From IMG/VR virus record IMGVR_UViG_3300042360_000496, positions 1 through 61,843 of that record: 61,843 bases of DNA. One strand, 5' to 3'. Under the pieces are notes generated by a model that was not told where the DNA came from, did no database searches, and saw only the letters and a list, made by a program, of their open reading frames with translations. Numbering within the stretch: the stretch's first letter is position 1; every line of letters begins with the position of its first letter. Position numbers and translations under genes: made by a program. Positions 9,272-19,301 of this stretch are shown here, piece by piece. This DNA is from a virus (lineage: Duplodnaviria > Caudoviricetes).

Positions 9272-10324
9272 ATGGCTGTAACAAAAATTGCTGACGTTAT
9301 TGTACCAGAAAGGTTCACCCCTTATGTACAACAACTTACACAAGAAAAATCAGAACTCATCCAATCTGGTGTAATTGGTCTTAGTGCCCAATTAAATGCA
9401 GATCTAAATGGTGGTGGTCTTACCTTTAACCAACCATCTTTCCAAGATCTTACTAACGACGTGGAAAACGTTGCTAGTGATGACGACGCGACTAATAGTT
9501 CTCCAAAGAAAATTGTCACCAGTAAAGAAATCCAAGTTCGTCTAAGCAGAAACCAAAGTTGGTCAAGCATGGATTTAACTTCAGATCTCGCTGGAACAGA
9601 CCCTATGGCTGCTATTGGAAACAGAGTTGGTTATTACTGGTCTAGACGTTTACAAGCTGCTGCAATCGCAACTATCCAAGGGATATTCGCAGATAACGAT
9701 GCTGCTCCTTCAGCTTCTGAGCACGTTCAATATGATTTAACTAACAATGTTTCTGGTGGTGGTTTTGTTGACGGAGTTACAAACTTCACAACTGAAGCTT
9801 TCATCGACACTACTGTCACCATGGGTGATTCTTCAAACAGTTTGGGTGCAATTCTCGTTCACTCGATTGTTTACGCAAGAATGAAAAAGAATAACTTAAT
9901 TGACTATATCCCAGATGCTCGTGGAGAAGTAAACATTCCAACTTTCCAAGGACTTCGTGTTATAGTTGATGATGCTCTTCCTAACCCTGCAGGTGTAGCT
10001 GGTCTTTCACAAACTTCTGCTGGTATCTACCATTCCTGGTTGATGGGTGCAGGAGCCGTTGTGTTTGGTCAAGGACAACCAAAAACACCAACCGAAGTAA
10101 TTCGTGTTCCTTCTGCTGGTAATGGTGCTGGTCAAGAAACTTTGTTTAACAGAGTTGAGTGGGCAATTCACCCAGTTGGACATAAGTACGCTGGAACTCC
10201 TCCTTCAGGTGGTCCAAGCAATGCTGCTACTTCCAACAACTTAGGGGCTGCTGGCTCTTGGCAACGTGTTTTCCCAGAAAGAAAACAAATCAAGATCGCT
10301 CGTCTAATAACAAGAGAGGTTTGA
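9272..10324 (+). CDS. Major capsid protein
   Basis: MAVTKIADVIVPE.F, DL..DLAGTDPM.AI, HP.G, W.RV..RKQI motifs; size and position. Confidence 0.92.
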   Translation: MAVTKIADVIVPERFTPYVQQLTQEKSELIQSGVIGLSAQLNADLNGGGLTFNQPSFQDLTNDVENVASDDDATNSSPKKIVTSKEIQVRLSRNQSWSSMDLTSDLAGTDPMAAIGNRVGYYWSRRLQAAAIATIQGIFADNDAAPSASEHVQYDLTNNVSGGGFVDGVTNFTTEAFIDTTVTMGDSSNSLGAILVHSIVYARMKKNNLIDYIPDARGEVNIPTFQGLRVIVDDALPNPAGVAGLSQTSAGIYHSWLMGAGAVVFGQGQPKTPTEVIRVPSAGNGAGQETLFNRVEWAIHPVGHKYAGTPPSGGPSNAATSNNLGAAGSWQRVFPERKQIKIARLITREV

Positions 10325-10328
10325 TAAC

Positions 10329-10853
10329 ATGACTAAAGGTTCGCCAAGAATAGCTAAAAGAGGAAATCCAGCGAGACAAGAAGTTTTAAAACAAACTTTT
10401 GTTGTCAAGAATGGTGCTTTGACTGTTAATGGTGCAACTGGGGTTGGTTTCGGCTCTGCTGTAATAGGAGACTTCCCTCAGGGGAACATCCTATTTCTTG
10501 GAGCTGTTTCTTACTTTCAGTTCACCACTGCCGATGCAGGTGTTACAGCAACTTTTGATGGTGATTATTCCATCGGAATTGTTGCCACCATCGACACTGA
10601 CGTAGCAGATGCTGGAGAAGCTGACATAGTTCCTTCAACCGCTCTTGGAGCTGCAACTGCTCAAGCTTCACCAACTGTTAGAGGAACTCAATCAAGTGGA
10701 GCTCTTGCTGGAGTTATATTTGACAACACCGATGATAGTTTAGAGATAAACTTGAATCTGTTGATTGACGATGCTAACATCAGTGCAAACGGTGTTGCAT
10801 TCGTAGTAAATGGTCAAGTAACAATTCTATATAGCATACTAGGAGACGATTAA
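10329..10853 (+). CDS. Putative capsid decoration/cement protein
   Basis: Beta-rich Gly/Ala/Thr protein directly after the capsid gene. Confidence 0.6.
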   Translation: MTKGSPRIAKRGNPARQEVLKQTFVVKNGALTVNGATGVGFGSAVIGDFPQGNILFLGAVSYFQFTTADAGVTATFDGDYSIGIVATIDTDVADAGEADIVPSTALGAATAQASPTVRGTQSSGALAGVIFDNTDDSLEINLNLLIDDANISANGVAFVVNGQVTILYSILGDD

Positions 10854-11392
10854 TGCAAATTGAAGAAGCTTTACTACAGTTGGACGTAGCAAATGATGAT
10901 CAGTGGACTCAAGATGGTTTGCCAAGAGTTGATGTCATACAGATATTAACAGAAAACAATACCGTCACCAGAGCTGAAATCACAGCTGTCGATCCAACTT
11001 TCTCAAGATACCCAACTAACAAAGAGGAAATACCAAATGAAAGCGAAACCATCAACCAAGACTCCCCCAAAGCAGAAACCAACAAGCCCAAAAAAGAAGA
11101 AGTAGAAGCAAAAGTTGAAGCTGTTAAAGCTGAACTTGCTGAGCTCGTTTCTGAAAAAGCTTTCTTGGATAAAAAAGTTGAAGACAAACAAAAAGAATTA
11201 GATCTTTTGTTAGATTCTTTAACTGAAGAATTCCCAGCTTTATCTCCTGCACAAGCAATACAAGATTATTTGCAAAAAAGTGCACAAATAAGAGCTGCTA
11301 GAAGTGGATCTGTTGAGGATGTTGTTAAAAGAGCAATCGCTAGCAACACTAAAATAAATTCTCCAAAACCCATTATAACACCAGCACAATGA
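10853..11392 (+). CDS. Head-region protein (LD..ND..WT.DGLP motif, coiled coil)
   Basis: Translationally coupled; motif familiar from related siphoviruses. Confidence 0.6.
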   Translation: MQIEEALLQLDVANDDQWTQDGLPRVDVIQILTENNTVTRAEITAVDPTFSRYPTNKEEIPNESETINQDSPKAETNKPKKEEVEAKVEAVKAELAELVSEKAFLDKKVEDKQKELDLLLDSLTEEFPALSPAQAIQDYLQKSAQIRAARSGSVEDVVKRAIASNTKINSPKPIITPAQ

Positions 11393-11460
11393 GACAAAAA
11401 CAAAGACAAGCAGTTTTATGTTACATTAGAAAAGAGTATAGAGCATTGAGGTCTGTATAA
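11389..11460 (+). CDS. 23-aa micro-ORF MRQKQRQAVLCYIRKEYRALRSV (absent from ORF track)
   Basis: ATGA overlap upstream and TAATG overlap downstream; exactly fills the intergenic gap. Confidence 0.65.
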   Translation: MRQKQRQAVLCYIRKEYRALRSV

Positions 11461-11993
11461 TGGCTTTCATAGTTGAAGATGCAACAGGACTTTCAGCAGC
11501 TAACGCTTATGTGTCGGCTGCTGAAGTCTTGTCCTATTTGACTGAAAGAGGTAGACAAGCAGACTGGTCTGTCCTTTCACAAGCTGAAAAAGAGGCTGCA
11601 ATAATAAAAGCCACCGATTATATTGAAACCAGATTTCACAGATTCTTCATTGGTTCACCACTAACAACAACCCAAGCTCTGTCCTTTCCAAGAGAGTACA
11701 CAGATACTGAACCAGATTATGGACTTGTTCCAACAATTTTAAAAAGAGCGTGTATAGAATACACCGTCCGAGCAGCTACAACAGAGCTCATTCTAGATGA
11801 TTTAGAAGGAGCTGTAAAAAAGAAAAGGGAGAAAGCAGGTCCAGTAGAGCAAGAAATAGTATACACCAATTCATCTCTTCCAATCTCTACAAGCTCACTT
11901 GTTGCGTCTGACTCATTACCTACTTACCCAGTCGCAGATCTATTAATAGAGCCTCTTCTAAAGACTAATGGAGGAACAATAGCAGTACGATGA
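11460..11993 (+). CDS. Head-tail adaptor (DnaT-like family)
   Basis: VEDATG...AN.YVS, ATDYIE, QAL.FPR motifs. Confidence 0.85.
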   Translation: MAFIVEDATGLSAANAYVSAAEVLSYLTERGRQADWSVLSQAEKEAAIIKATDYIETRFHRFFIGSPLTTTQALSFPREYTDTEPDYGLVPTILKRACIEYTVRAATTELILDDLEGAVKKKREKAGPVEQEIVYTNSSLPISTSSLVASDSLPTYPVADLLIEPLLKTNGGTIAVR

Positions 11994-12235
11994 TTAAACA
12001 AATAGAATTCTTAAAAGAAATTGAAGAAGCACTGCTGAACTATGCTCCCAAGCAGAAGATTAGAGGATTTTCTGTTGTTGTAATATTAGAAGATTGTGAT
12101 CTCGTCATGACAGAAGAGGGTGAAGACTGTTATGACAAACTGATTGGAATCCTCGAAGGTGTAAAATTCAACATGATGGCTGACAGGAGAAGAGAAAACG
12201 CCTGCATGTTGGATAGTATTTTAGAGGAGGAATGA
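11990..12235 (+). CDS. Hypothetical protein inserted in the neck module
   Basis: Coupled ORF. Confidence 0.6.
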   Translation: MIKQIEFLKEIEEALLNYAPKQKIRGFSVVVILEDCDLVMTEEGEDCYDKLIGILEGVKFNMMADRRRENACMLDSILEEE

Positions 12236-12642
12236 TGGCAACACTATCTGAGAAAATGGCCAAAGTTACTAAAAAACTTATAGAAAAAGATGGTAGATTA
12301 GTCACCATAATAAAATCTAATAAAACAGATACAGACCCTGTAAAGCCTTGGAGAAAGAATGAGACACCTTGGATAGATGGAACAGAGGTTCAAGTAAAAG
12401 CAATGTTCGTCACACCAAAATCCCCGACAGATTTTGGTCAAGGGTCGGTCACAGCCTTGGGCTTAGTTCCCTTGGATGCTAGATTAAATTGGTTGATATT
12501 CGCAGAGGATAGCTTTCCAGGAGAAAACTATAAAGACTATGAATACATAAAAGACGGAGATGAGATCTGGAAAATAACTGTCCACGAGACTTTAAAGCCA
12601 GGAGAAAAGGCAATTCTACACTTAATGGGGATTGAACAATAA
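12232..12642 (+). CDS. Putative head closure/stopper protein
   Basis: Position; LIEKDGR, DP.KPW, LKPG motifs. Confidence 0.65.
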   Translation: MMATLSEKMAKVTKKLIEKDGRLVTIIKSNKTDTDPVKPWRKNETPWIDGTEVQVKAMFVTPKSPTDFGQGSVTALGLVPLDARLNWLIFAEDSFPGENYKDYEYIKDGDEIWKITVHETLKPGEKAILHLMGIEQ

Positions 12643-13067
12643 TGCTAGAAACAGTCAGAGACGAATTAATATCTTTAGTCTACACGGCTCTGAAAGCTGA
12701 TCCCCTAACCGAAGACATTGAAATTCTCTATGAAGACACAGATATAGATAAACCTAAATCACTAGATGTGAGTTGGTGCAGAATCTCTGTTAAGCACGTT
12801 TCTGGGAAACAAGCAACTTTGGCTAACCAAGTAAATCAGAGAAGATACAGGAGAAATGGTCTCTTGATTGTTCAACTTTTTACACCAATTGGAACTGGTT
12901 TAAGTTTAGCAGATAAATACGCTAAAATAATCCTAGATTCAGTTGAAGGAAAATCAACAACTTCCAATGTTTGGCTAAGAAATTGTCGCACCAACGAAAT
13001 TGGAAGAGAAGGTTCCTGGCAACAGACAAACATATTTGCTGATTTTGAATACGACGAGGAAAAATAA
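12642..13067 (+). CDS. Tail terminator
   Basis: Position; G...VQLFTP.GTG, W.Q.N....F.YDE motifs. Confidence 0.75.
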   Translation: MLETVRDELISLVYTALKADPLTEDIEILYEDTDIDKPKSLDVSWCRISVKHVSGKQATLANQVNQRRYRRNGLLIVQLFTPIGTGLSLADKYAKIILDSVEGKSTTSNVWLRNCRTNEIGREGSWQQTNIFADFEYDEEK

Positions 13068-13069
13068 AA

Positions 13070-14527
13070 ATGCCGAACACCTTAGACTCTAATACAACTG
13101 GACTAAGATACGCCACAGAAGATACAATTGGTGTTTTGCCAGGATCTGGAGTTGTTTGGAAAAGTTTAGAGCCAAACTCTTATGGAGACTTTGGAGCCCA
13201 ATATACTCAGGTTGCTAGAAACCCAATTAAACCTGACAGACAAAGAGTTAAGGGTGTTCTCACTGACAAAGAGTCTTCAGCAAATTTTCAAACAGATTTT
13301 ATCGGCTCACAATTACTAGATCTTTTATCTGGTTTCTTTTTTGCTGCTTGGAGAGATAAAACCTCTTCCTCTCCAACAGCTGTTTCCGGGACTGCCTACA
13401 CTCTTTCTTCTGTCACAGGTTTTGTAAACAATAACTTGATTTTGGCAGAAGGATTCGCGATTGCTGGAAACAATGGTTTCAAGCCAATCACTGTTTCTGG
13501 TTCAACACTTGTCGCTTCTGGTCTTGCAATTGAAACACCACCAACAACTTCTAAAGTTACAAAAGTTGGCCAGAGAGGTGCTTCTGGAGATATTACTTTA
13601 ACAGTTTCTGCTGGAGTTGGAACACTTGGTTCTACAACTTTAAACTTCACAACCCTTGGGCTTATCGCAGGTGAATGGCTCTGGATAGGTGGAGACGCCA
13701 CTGCTAATAAGTTTGCAACAGCAGCAAATAATGGTTTTTACAAAATCAAAACTATCGCAGCAAATGCTATTGTATTTGACAAAATACCAACTGGAGCTAC
13801 AACTGACACTGGTTCAGGAAAACTTATTGATCTCTATTTTGGTTCTATTCTTAAAAATGAGAGTGATACAACCTTAATTGTTAAGAAGAGTTTTCAATTT
13901 GAAAGACAATACACCTCAACTTTGTTTGAGTACATTGAAGGATGCGTTGCCAATAAATTAGACTTTGATATCAAAACAGCAGACAAAGTAGTTTGTGAAA
14001 TGGGTTTTGTTGGGATCGATGCTGAAGATTTAACCTCTGCCAAGGCTGGTACTCACCCAACTTCAACCTTTGGTACAGCTTATAACAGCTCCTCGGACTT
14101 CATGAAGCTTTCACTCTACGATGCTTCTGGAAATAACCTCAGCTCCTATATTACCGATCTTAAAATCTCTATCAGTAATAATGCCACGACATTGAAAGCA
14201 GCTGGTACTCTTGGAGGATTTGACATCAATGTGGGGGACTTTATGGTGTCTGCCTCGTTAACAGCTTACTTCGTCAATAACCTAGCTGTTGATGCAATCA
14301 GAAATAACACTTCTGTTTCTCTAAGCTTCGCTTTGGGTCAACCAAACGATAGTCAAGGATGGATTTTTGATATTCCAAATCTAACTCTTGGTGATGGTAG
14401 AAAAGCTGTTGAAAAAGATAAACCAATTACCCTCCCTTTAACAGCTGAAGCCGCAGCAGACAGCGTCTACAACACAACTATGGCGATCACAAACTTCAAA
14501 TATCTTCCTGCTTTAGCTTATAATTAA
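13070..14527 (+). CDS. Major tail tube protein with internal Thr/Gly-rich insertion domain
   Basis: DSN.TGLRY..E, LEPNSYGDFG, R.R.KG motifs; precedes the chaperones and tape measure. Confidence 0.85.
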   Translation: MPNTLDSNTTGLRYATEDTIGVLPGSGVVWKSLEPNSYGDFGAQYTQVARNPIKPDRQRVKGVLTDKESSANFQTDFIGSQLLDLLSGFFFAAWRDKTSSSPTAVSGTAYTLSSVTGFVNNNLILAEGFAIAGNNGFKPITVSGSTLVASGLAIETPPTTSKVTKVGQRGASGDITLTVSAGVGTLGSTTLNFTTLGLIAGEWLWIGGDATANKFATAANNGFYKIKTIAANAIVFDKIPTGATTDTGSGKLIDLYFGSILKNESDTTLIVKKSFQFERQYTSTLFEYIEGCVANKLDFDIKTADKVVCEMGFVGIDAEDLTSAKAGTHPTSTFGTAYNSSSDFMKLSLYDASGNNLSSYITDLKISISNNATTLKAAGTLGGFDINVGDFMVSASLTAYFVNNLAVDAIRNNTSVSLSFALGQPNDSQGWIFDIPNLTLGDGRKAVEKDKPITLPLTAEAAADSVYNTTMAITNFKYLPALAYN

Positions 14528-14551
14528 AAAGTAAAAAAAGAAAGAAGAGAA

Positions 14552-14980
14552 ATGACATCACCTTATAAATTATTTGAAACAAACAAGGACTTTGAAAAAT
14601 CCGGAATAACACTAGATTATGGTGATTTCTGGATAAAAATTGCAAGAGCTGGTGGAGCAAACAAAAAATATGAAAAAATTTTGCAAGCTAAGCTCAGACC
14701 ATTCCAAGCCCAATTGAGAACAAACACCTTGGATAATGCAGTTGCTGAAAGACTCTATAGAGAAATCTATGCTTCAGCAGTTATTCTCGGATGGGGATCG
14801 AAGGAGTTTGGTGAAGGAAAACTTGTTGGAAAAGATAATGATCCTCTTGAGTTCAATATTGATAATGCTATTGCTTTATTGAGTGATCTCCCAGACTTGT
14901 TCAATGACATAAAAGAACAATCAGAGAAAGTTGCCTTATTTAGAAATGAGGAGCTTAGAGAAGACGCAAAAAACTCGTAG
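14552..14980 (+). CDS. Tail assembly chaperone (gpG-like)
   Basis: IARAGGANK, LGW, LPDLF motifs; ends at a slippery site. Confidence 0.85.
   Translation: MTSPYKLFETNKDFEKSGITLDYGDFWIKIARAGGANKKYEKILQAKLRPFQAQLRTNTLDNAVAERLYREIYASAVILGWGSKEFGEGKLVGKDNDPLEFNIDNAIALLSDLPDLFNDIKEQSEKVALFRNEELREDAKNS
14968..14974 (+). other. -1 programmed frameshift heptamer A AAA AAC
   Basis: The -1 frame is open from 14974 (LVDVLKYQLEHG...) into ORF 15100..15309. Confidence 0.85.
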
Positions 14981-15309
14981 ACGTTCTCAAATACCAATTA
15001 GAACATGGTGAAAGAGAACGACAAATTCTAGAGATAGCTGCCAAAAGCAATGACCCTCTGCCAGATTTCATAGCTAATCAACCTCTCCTTCTTCCGTGGT
15101 TGGTTAGCTACTACGAAGCATTCAAAGATCTGTCTACATGTAGATCCCAAGGAATGTCTACAGGTCCAATTCCATGGACTGCAATAAATCACTATTGTCA
15201 ACGCTATAATATAAAAGGTGAAGACTTTGAAACATTTACTGTTCTCATACGTGCTATGGACGAGGAATTCCTTGTCTACTCAAAAGAATTAAATGACAGA
15301 TGCAAATAA
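14974..15309 (+). CDS. Frameshifted tail chaperone extension (gpT-like)
   Basis: AF.DLSTCR..GM..GPIPWTAI motif; in frame with the -1 slip. Confidence 0.8.
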   Translation, partial: LVDVLKYQLEHGERERQILEIAAKSNDPLPDFIANQPLLLPWLVSYYEAFKDLSTCRSQGMSTGPIPWTAINHYCQRYNIKGEDFETFTVLIRAMDEEFLVYSKELNDRCK

Positions 15310-15697
15310 ATTCCAAAAGAAACTAACTGAAATTTCTTTCAAGTTTAAGACAAACACAACAGAGCTTCTAAAGAAAGCTGCAAAAGTTATAAACCAAACA
15401 GTCATTTTGGCAACTCCTGTAGACACTGGTAGAGCAAGATCCAATTGGTTGGTTTCAATCGATCAACCAAGAAAAGAAACTATAGAAACACTTGGGAAAG
15501 ATCCTTCAGCTGCTATCAGTGAAGGAAATCAAGTTATAAATGGTTACAAAAAAGAAAACAAAGCAATCTACATATCTAATAATCTTCCCTACATTGGCAG
15601 ATTAAACGAAGGCTATTCTGCACAAGCTCCAGCAGCCTTTGTTGAGCAAGCTGTAGCTGCTGCTGTGAACGCCATAGAAGGAGTGCAGATTCTATGA
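15293..15697 (+). CDS. HK97 gp10-like tail completion protein
   Basis: TPVDTGRARSNW, ISNNLPY..RLN.GYS.QAP. Confidence 0.85.
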   Translation: MTDANKFQKKLTEISFKFKTNTTELLKKAAKVINQTVILATPVDTGRARSNWLVSIDQPRKETIETLGKDPSAAISEGNQVINGYKKENKAIYISNNLPYIGRLNEGYSAQAPAAFVEQAVAAAVNAIEGVQIL

Positions 15698-18600
15698 CAA
15701 CAGAAACATTTAATATAGAAATTAGAGAAGACGGCTCCAAGAATGTAGTTAGAGTCTTCGATGAAATAGGTAGATCCAGTAAATCAGCTGCAGACTCTGC
15801 TGAAAGATTAAAAAAGAACTTAAATTTTTCCGATACTGCAAGTCAGCTTGCAAGGATTGAGATCAAGTTAGCTCAAATGAATCAGAGATTTTATGGTCTT
15901 CAAGGAACTACTTCCAAGCTTGTTGAAGTTTTGCGTGGTTTACGGAATACCATGACTCTTCTTATGTACTCGTTTGGACTTAAAGTGTTGGGAGATGTTT
16001 TAGACTCATACACGGGAATTCTAAACAAACTTAGACTTGTAACAGAAGGATCTGAAAACCTAGCAACCGTCAATGAGAGAGTCTTTCAGTCTGCACAAAA
16101 AACAAGGTCGGACTATGAGCAAACTGCAAATCTCTATGGAAGAATCGCCAGATCAACAAAAACTCTTGGAAAATCACAAGAAGAAGTTCTTGGATTTACA
16201 GAAAATGTTAACAAAGCTTTGGTTATAACTGGAGCGAATGGACAAGAAGCAGTTGCAACTTTGATTCAGTTAGGTCAGGCTCTTGGTTCTGGAAGGCTGG
16301 CAGGAGATGAACTTAGAAGTATCTTAGAAAATAACCCAAGATTAGCAAGAGCCATAGCAGATGGTATTGGAGTTAGTTATGGACAACTGAGAAAGTTGGG
16401 AGCTGAGGGAAAACTAACAGCTAGCTCTGTCTTTGAAGCAATACAATCTCAGACTGCTAAATTGGATAAAGAATTTAAAAAGATAGTTCCAACAATTTCT
16501 GGTGGATTCACGGTCTTAAGAAATGCTGCTTTAAAATTCATTGGTGATTTTGACCAAGCAAATAAAATCTCAGAAAACTTCGCGAAGGGATTAATGTTCC
16601 TCGGAAATAACTTTGATACTGTTGCAAGACTAGTAATGGTGCTTGGAGCCAGCTTACTTGTTGCTTTTGGACCTCAAATTCTTGGTTTCATAGGTTTATT
16701 AACAACTGCGTTTTTCGGACTGACAGCAGCGATTGCATCTAACCCCATTGGGCTTATCGCTGTAGGAGTGACTGCAGCAGCAAGTGCTTTATTTCTGTTC
16801 TCCGACAAGATAAAAATAAGTAAAGATGGAGTAATAACACTGAGAGACGTCTTTGATGTTACTTTAAGTTATATTGGAGACGGTCTAAACTCCCTTGGTA
16901 TTAATTGGGGATCAGTTTGGAAACTTACTACAGATTCATTTTCTGCGGCTTGGAAACTTGCTACAAGTTTGTTTTCTTCTAACAGTCAAAAAGCTGCTGA
17001 TGAATCAAGTGATTCTTTTAAATCATTCATTAATGGATTTATTGGGATAAACATCGCAGCCTTCAAATTTGTTATTAAAAACTGGAGTCTATTTCCTGCA
17101 GCTTTTGGAGACTTAATGGCAAAGGCAGCAAACTTAGGGATAGCAGCTTTTGAAGAATTTATAAATTTTTCATCAGCTGGTATAAACAATCTAATTCCAA
17201 CTCTGAATGATACTATTGCCAAACTTCCAGGAGGCAAAAAAGACGCTATTCCTCTTCTAAAAGGTGGTGCGAAACTTGGTAGAATTCCAGAAAGTGGAGC
17301 CAATGCACCTGTTGGAGCAAGTGCCAGAGCTGAATTTGAAAAAGCACTGAGTGTAGATTATGTTGGTGGCTTCATAACAAAAGTAAGAAGAGATCTTAGG
17401 AATAATGCTAAGAACAGACTTGCAAGATCTAGAGTTGGTGATGGAAATCTTTTAGATGGGGATCCAAATGCTACTGGTGGAGATGAAGAAAAGAAAAAGA
17501 AGAAAAAGAAAGGTGTTGACAGAGCTGAAGAACTTAGAAAAGTCAATGCAGAACTCGACCAACAGATAAAACTGCTTGGTGTAGAAAAAGAAAAGAGAGA
17601 AGCTCTACAACAATTCATGCAAATAGAATCTAGTCTGAAAGATAAGAAAATAACTCTAGATAAACAAGAAAGAAAAGCAATTGAAGATAAGATCCAAGCA
17701 ATAGACACCCTTAAAAAGGCAGAAGAGAAAAGAGAAATACTTAAAAACAAAAATGAAGATTTAGACAAAGAAGTCCAATTACTCGGTGTTGTTAAAAAAG
17801 ATAGAGAAGCTCTTGGACAGATCCTACAGATTGAAGCCCAATTAAAGAAGATAACGAAGAACTTAACTGGTGAGGAGATTCTACAAATGGAACAACTCGC
17901 TAGAAGAATAAAAGAAGTCAATCAGCTAAAAATAGATGATGCTGCTAGATTGAAAATAAAAGAAGAAACAGAAGATATAAACAATCAAATACTTTCTCTG
18001 CAAGCTGAGTCAAGAGAAAGAACTATTCTGACTGCTATCTATCAATTCGAAAAAGAACAAAGAAGAGATGGTGTTTCAAACATTGAAGCAGAAGTCTCTT
18101 CTAGACTGAAACTTCTAACTTTTCTAAGAGATGAAGAAGAATTATCTAGAAACAAAGATTCTATCCTACAAAGTCTAGGAATGACTCAAGAAGACTACAA
18201 TAGAAAATTATTTGCTTTGACTAGTCTATTAGTTGAAGGGAAGATAAGCTCTGAGCAATTCAATATTGCTTTGATGTCTTTAAGAACGCAGTTGAATTCA
18301 ACATCAACTTCCTTTTCTGCAGGATTCGAAGAAGGGTTTAAGGGTCTCATAAAAACTTCAAAGGATTTTGGCAGTGAGGTGGCAAGTACAATTGGAAACG
18401 CTTTTCAAGGACTTGAAGATCAGTTTGTAAGTTTTGTTACTACAGGAAAGACAGACTTTAAATCTATGATAAACAGTATGTTGTCAGACCTGTCTAGACT
18501 TCTTATAAGATATTTGATAATTCAACCTCTGTTGAAAGGTCTTGGTGGAGCTTTAAAAATTCCTGGACTTGGTTCTGCAGATGGTAATGTTTTTGAAAAT

Positions 18601-18951
18601 GGAGTCCACGTCTCCCCATACGCAAATGGTGGTGTCATATCTAACCCAACTATCTTCCCAATGGCCAAAGGTGGTGTTGGATTGATGGGTGAAGCAGGTC
18701 CAGAAGCTATTATGCCATTAAAAAGAACACCAAATGGTAGACTTGGAATAAGTGTGATGGGCTCTTCTGGTGGTGGAAACACCTCAGTTTTTGCCCCTGT
18801 TGTTTCTGTTACAGTTGAAGCAGGAAAAGGTGGTCAAGATAAAGACCAAAAAATGGGAGACGAAGTTGCTGCAAAAATAAACTCAGTTTTAGAGATAAAA
18901 ATGGCAGACTTCATACAAAAACAAAAGAGACCAGGAGGAATGCTTAACTAA
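15694..18951 (+). CDS. Tape measure protein
   Basis: 1085 aa; QL.QALGSG.L.GDE.RS domain, hydrophobic stretch, lambda-type C-terminus GEAGPEAIMPL. Confidence 0.95.
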   Translation: MTTETFNIEIREDGSKNVVRVFDEIGRSSKSAADSAERLKKNLNFSDTASQLARIEIKLAQMNQRFYGLQGTTSKLVEVLRGLRNTMTLLMYSFGLKVLGDVLDSYTGILNKLRLVTEGSENLATVNERVFQSAQKTRSDYEQTANLYGRIARSTKTLGKSQEEVLGFTENVNKALVITGANGQEAVATLIQLGQALGSGRLAGDELRSILENNPRLARAIADGIGVSYGQLRKLGAEGKLTASSVFEAIQSQTAKLDKEFKKIVPTISGGFTVLRNAALKFIGDFDQANKISENFAKGLMFLGNNFDTVARLVMVLGASLLVAFGPQILGFIGLLTTAFFGLTAAIASNPIGLIAVGVTAAASALFLFSDKIKISKDGVITLRDVFDVTLSYIGDGLNSLGINWGSVWKLTTDSFSAAWKLATSLFSSNSQKAADESSDSFKSFINGFIGINIAAFKFVIKNWSLFPAAFGDLMAKAANLGIAAFEEFINFSSAGINNLIPTLNDTIAKLPGGKKDAIPLLKGGAKLGRIPESGANAPVGASARAEFEKALSVDYVGGFITKVRRDLRNNAKNRLARSRVGDGNLLDGDPNATGGDEEKKKKKKKGVDRAEELRKVNAELDQQIKLLGVEKEKREALQQFMQIESSLKDKKITLDKQERKAIEDKIQAIDTLKKAEEKREILKNKNEDLDKEVQLLGVVKKDREALGQILQIEAQLKKITKNLTGEEILQMEQLARRIKEVNQLKIDDAARLKIKEETEDINNQILSLQAESRERTILTAIYQFEKEQRRDGVSNIEAEVSSRLKLLTFLRDEEELSRNKDSILQSLGMTQEDYNRKLFALTSLLVEGKISSEQFNIALMSLRTQLNSTSTSFSAGFEEGFKGLIKTSKDFGSEVASTIGNAFQGLEDQFVSFVTTGKTDFKSMINSMLSDLSRLLIRYLIIQPLLKGLGGALKIPGLGSADGNVFENGVHVSPYANGGVISNPTIFPMAKGGVGLMGEAGPEAIMPLKRTPNGRLGISVMGSSGGGNTSVFAPVVSVTVEAGKGGQDKDQKMGDEVAAKINSVLEIKMADFIQKQKRPGGMLN

Positions 18952-19301
18952 TGCCACTAACATTTCCAAACCACCCAGTTCATTATGGTTCTAAGCCAAA
19001 AACAGAGATGAAAGTTCTGGAGGCAGACTTCGGTGATGGCTACACACAAAGAGTTGCAGATGGTTTAAATTCTATAAAAGAAACTTGGACTGTTGACTGG
19101 AAGAACATAGAGAAGGTTGATGCATTTGAAATAGTAAATTTCTTGAAAGCAAGAAAAGGTTTCGAAGCTTTCTATTGGACACCTCCAGGAGAATTAAGTG
19201 CAAGACTTTGGACTTGTAAGACTTTTGATGGTCCAACTCCAACAGAAGGAAACTATCTATACAACGTTGGAGCAACTTTCAGAGAGGAGTTTGATATTTG
19301 A
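18951..19301 (+). CDS. Distal tail protein (lambda gpM-like)
   Basis: FGDGY.QR..DGLN, F.WTPP. Confidence 0.9.
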   Translation: MPLTFPNHPVHYGSKPKTEMKVLEADFGDGYTQRVADGLNSIKETWTVDWKNIEKVDAFEIVNFLKARKGFEAFYWTPPGELSARLWTCKTFDGPTPTEGNYLYNVGATFREEFDI

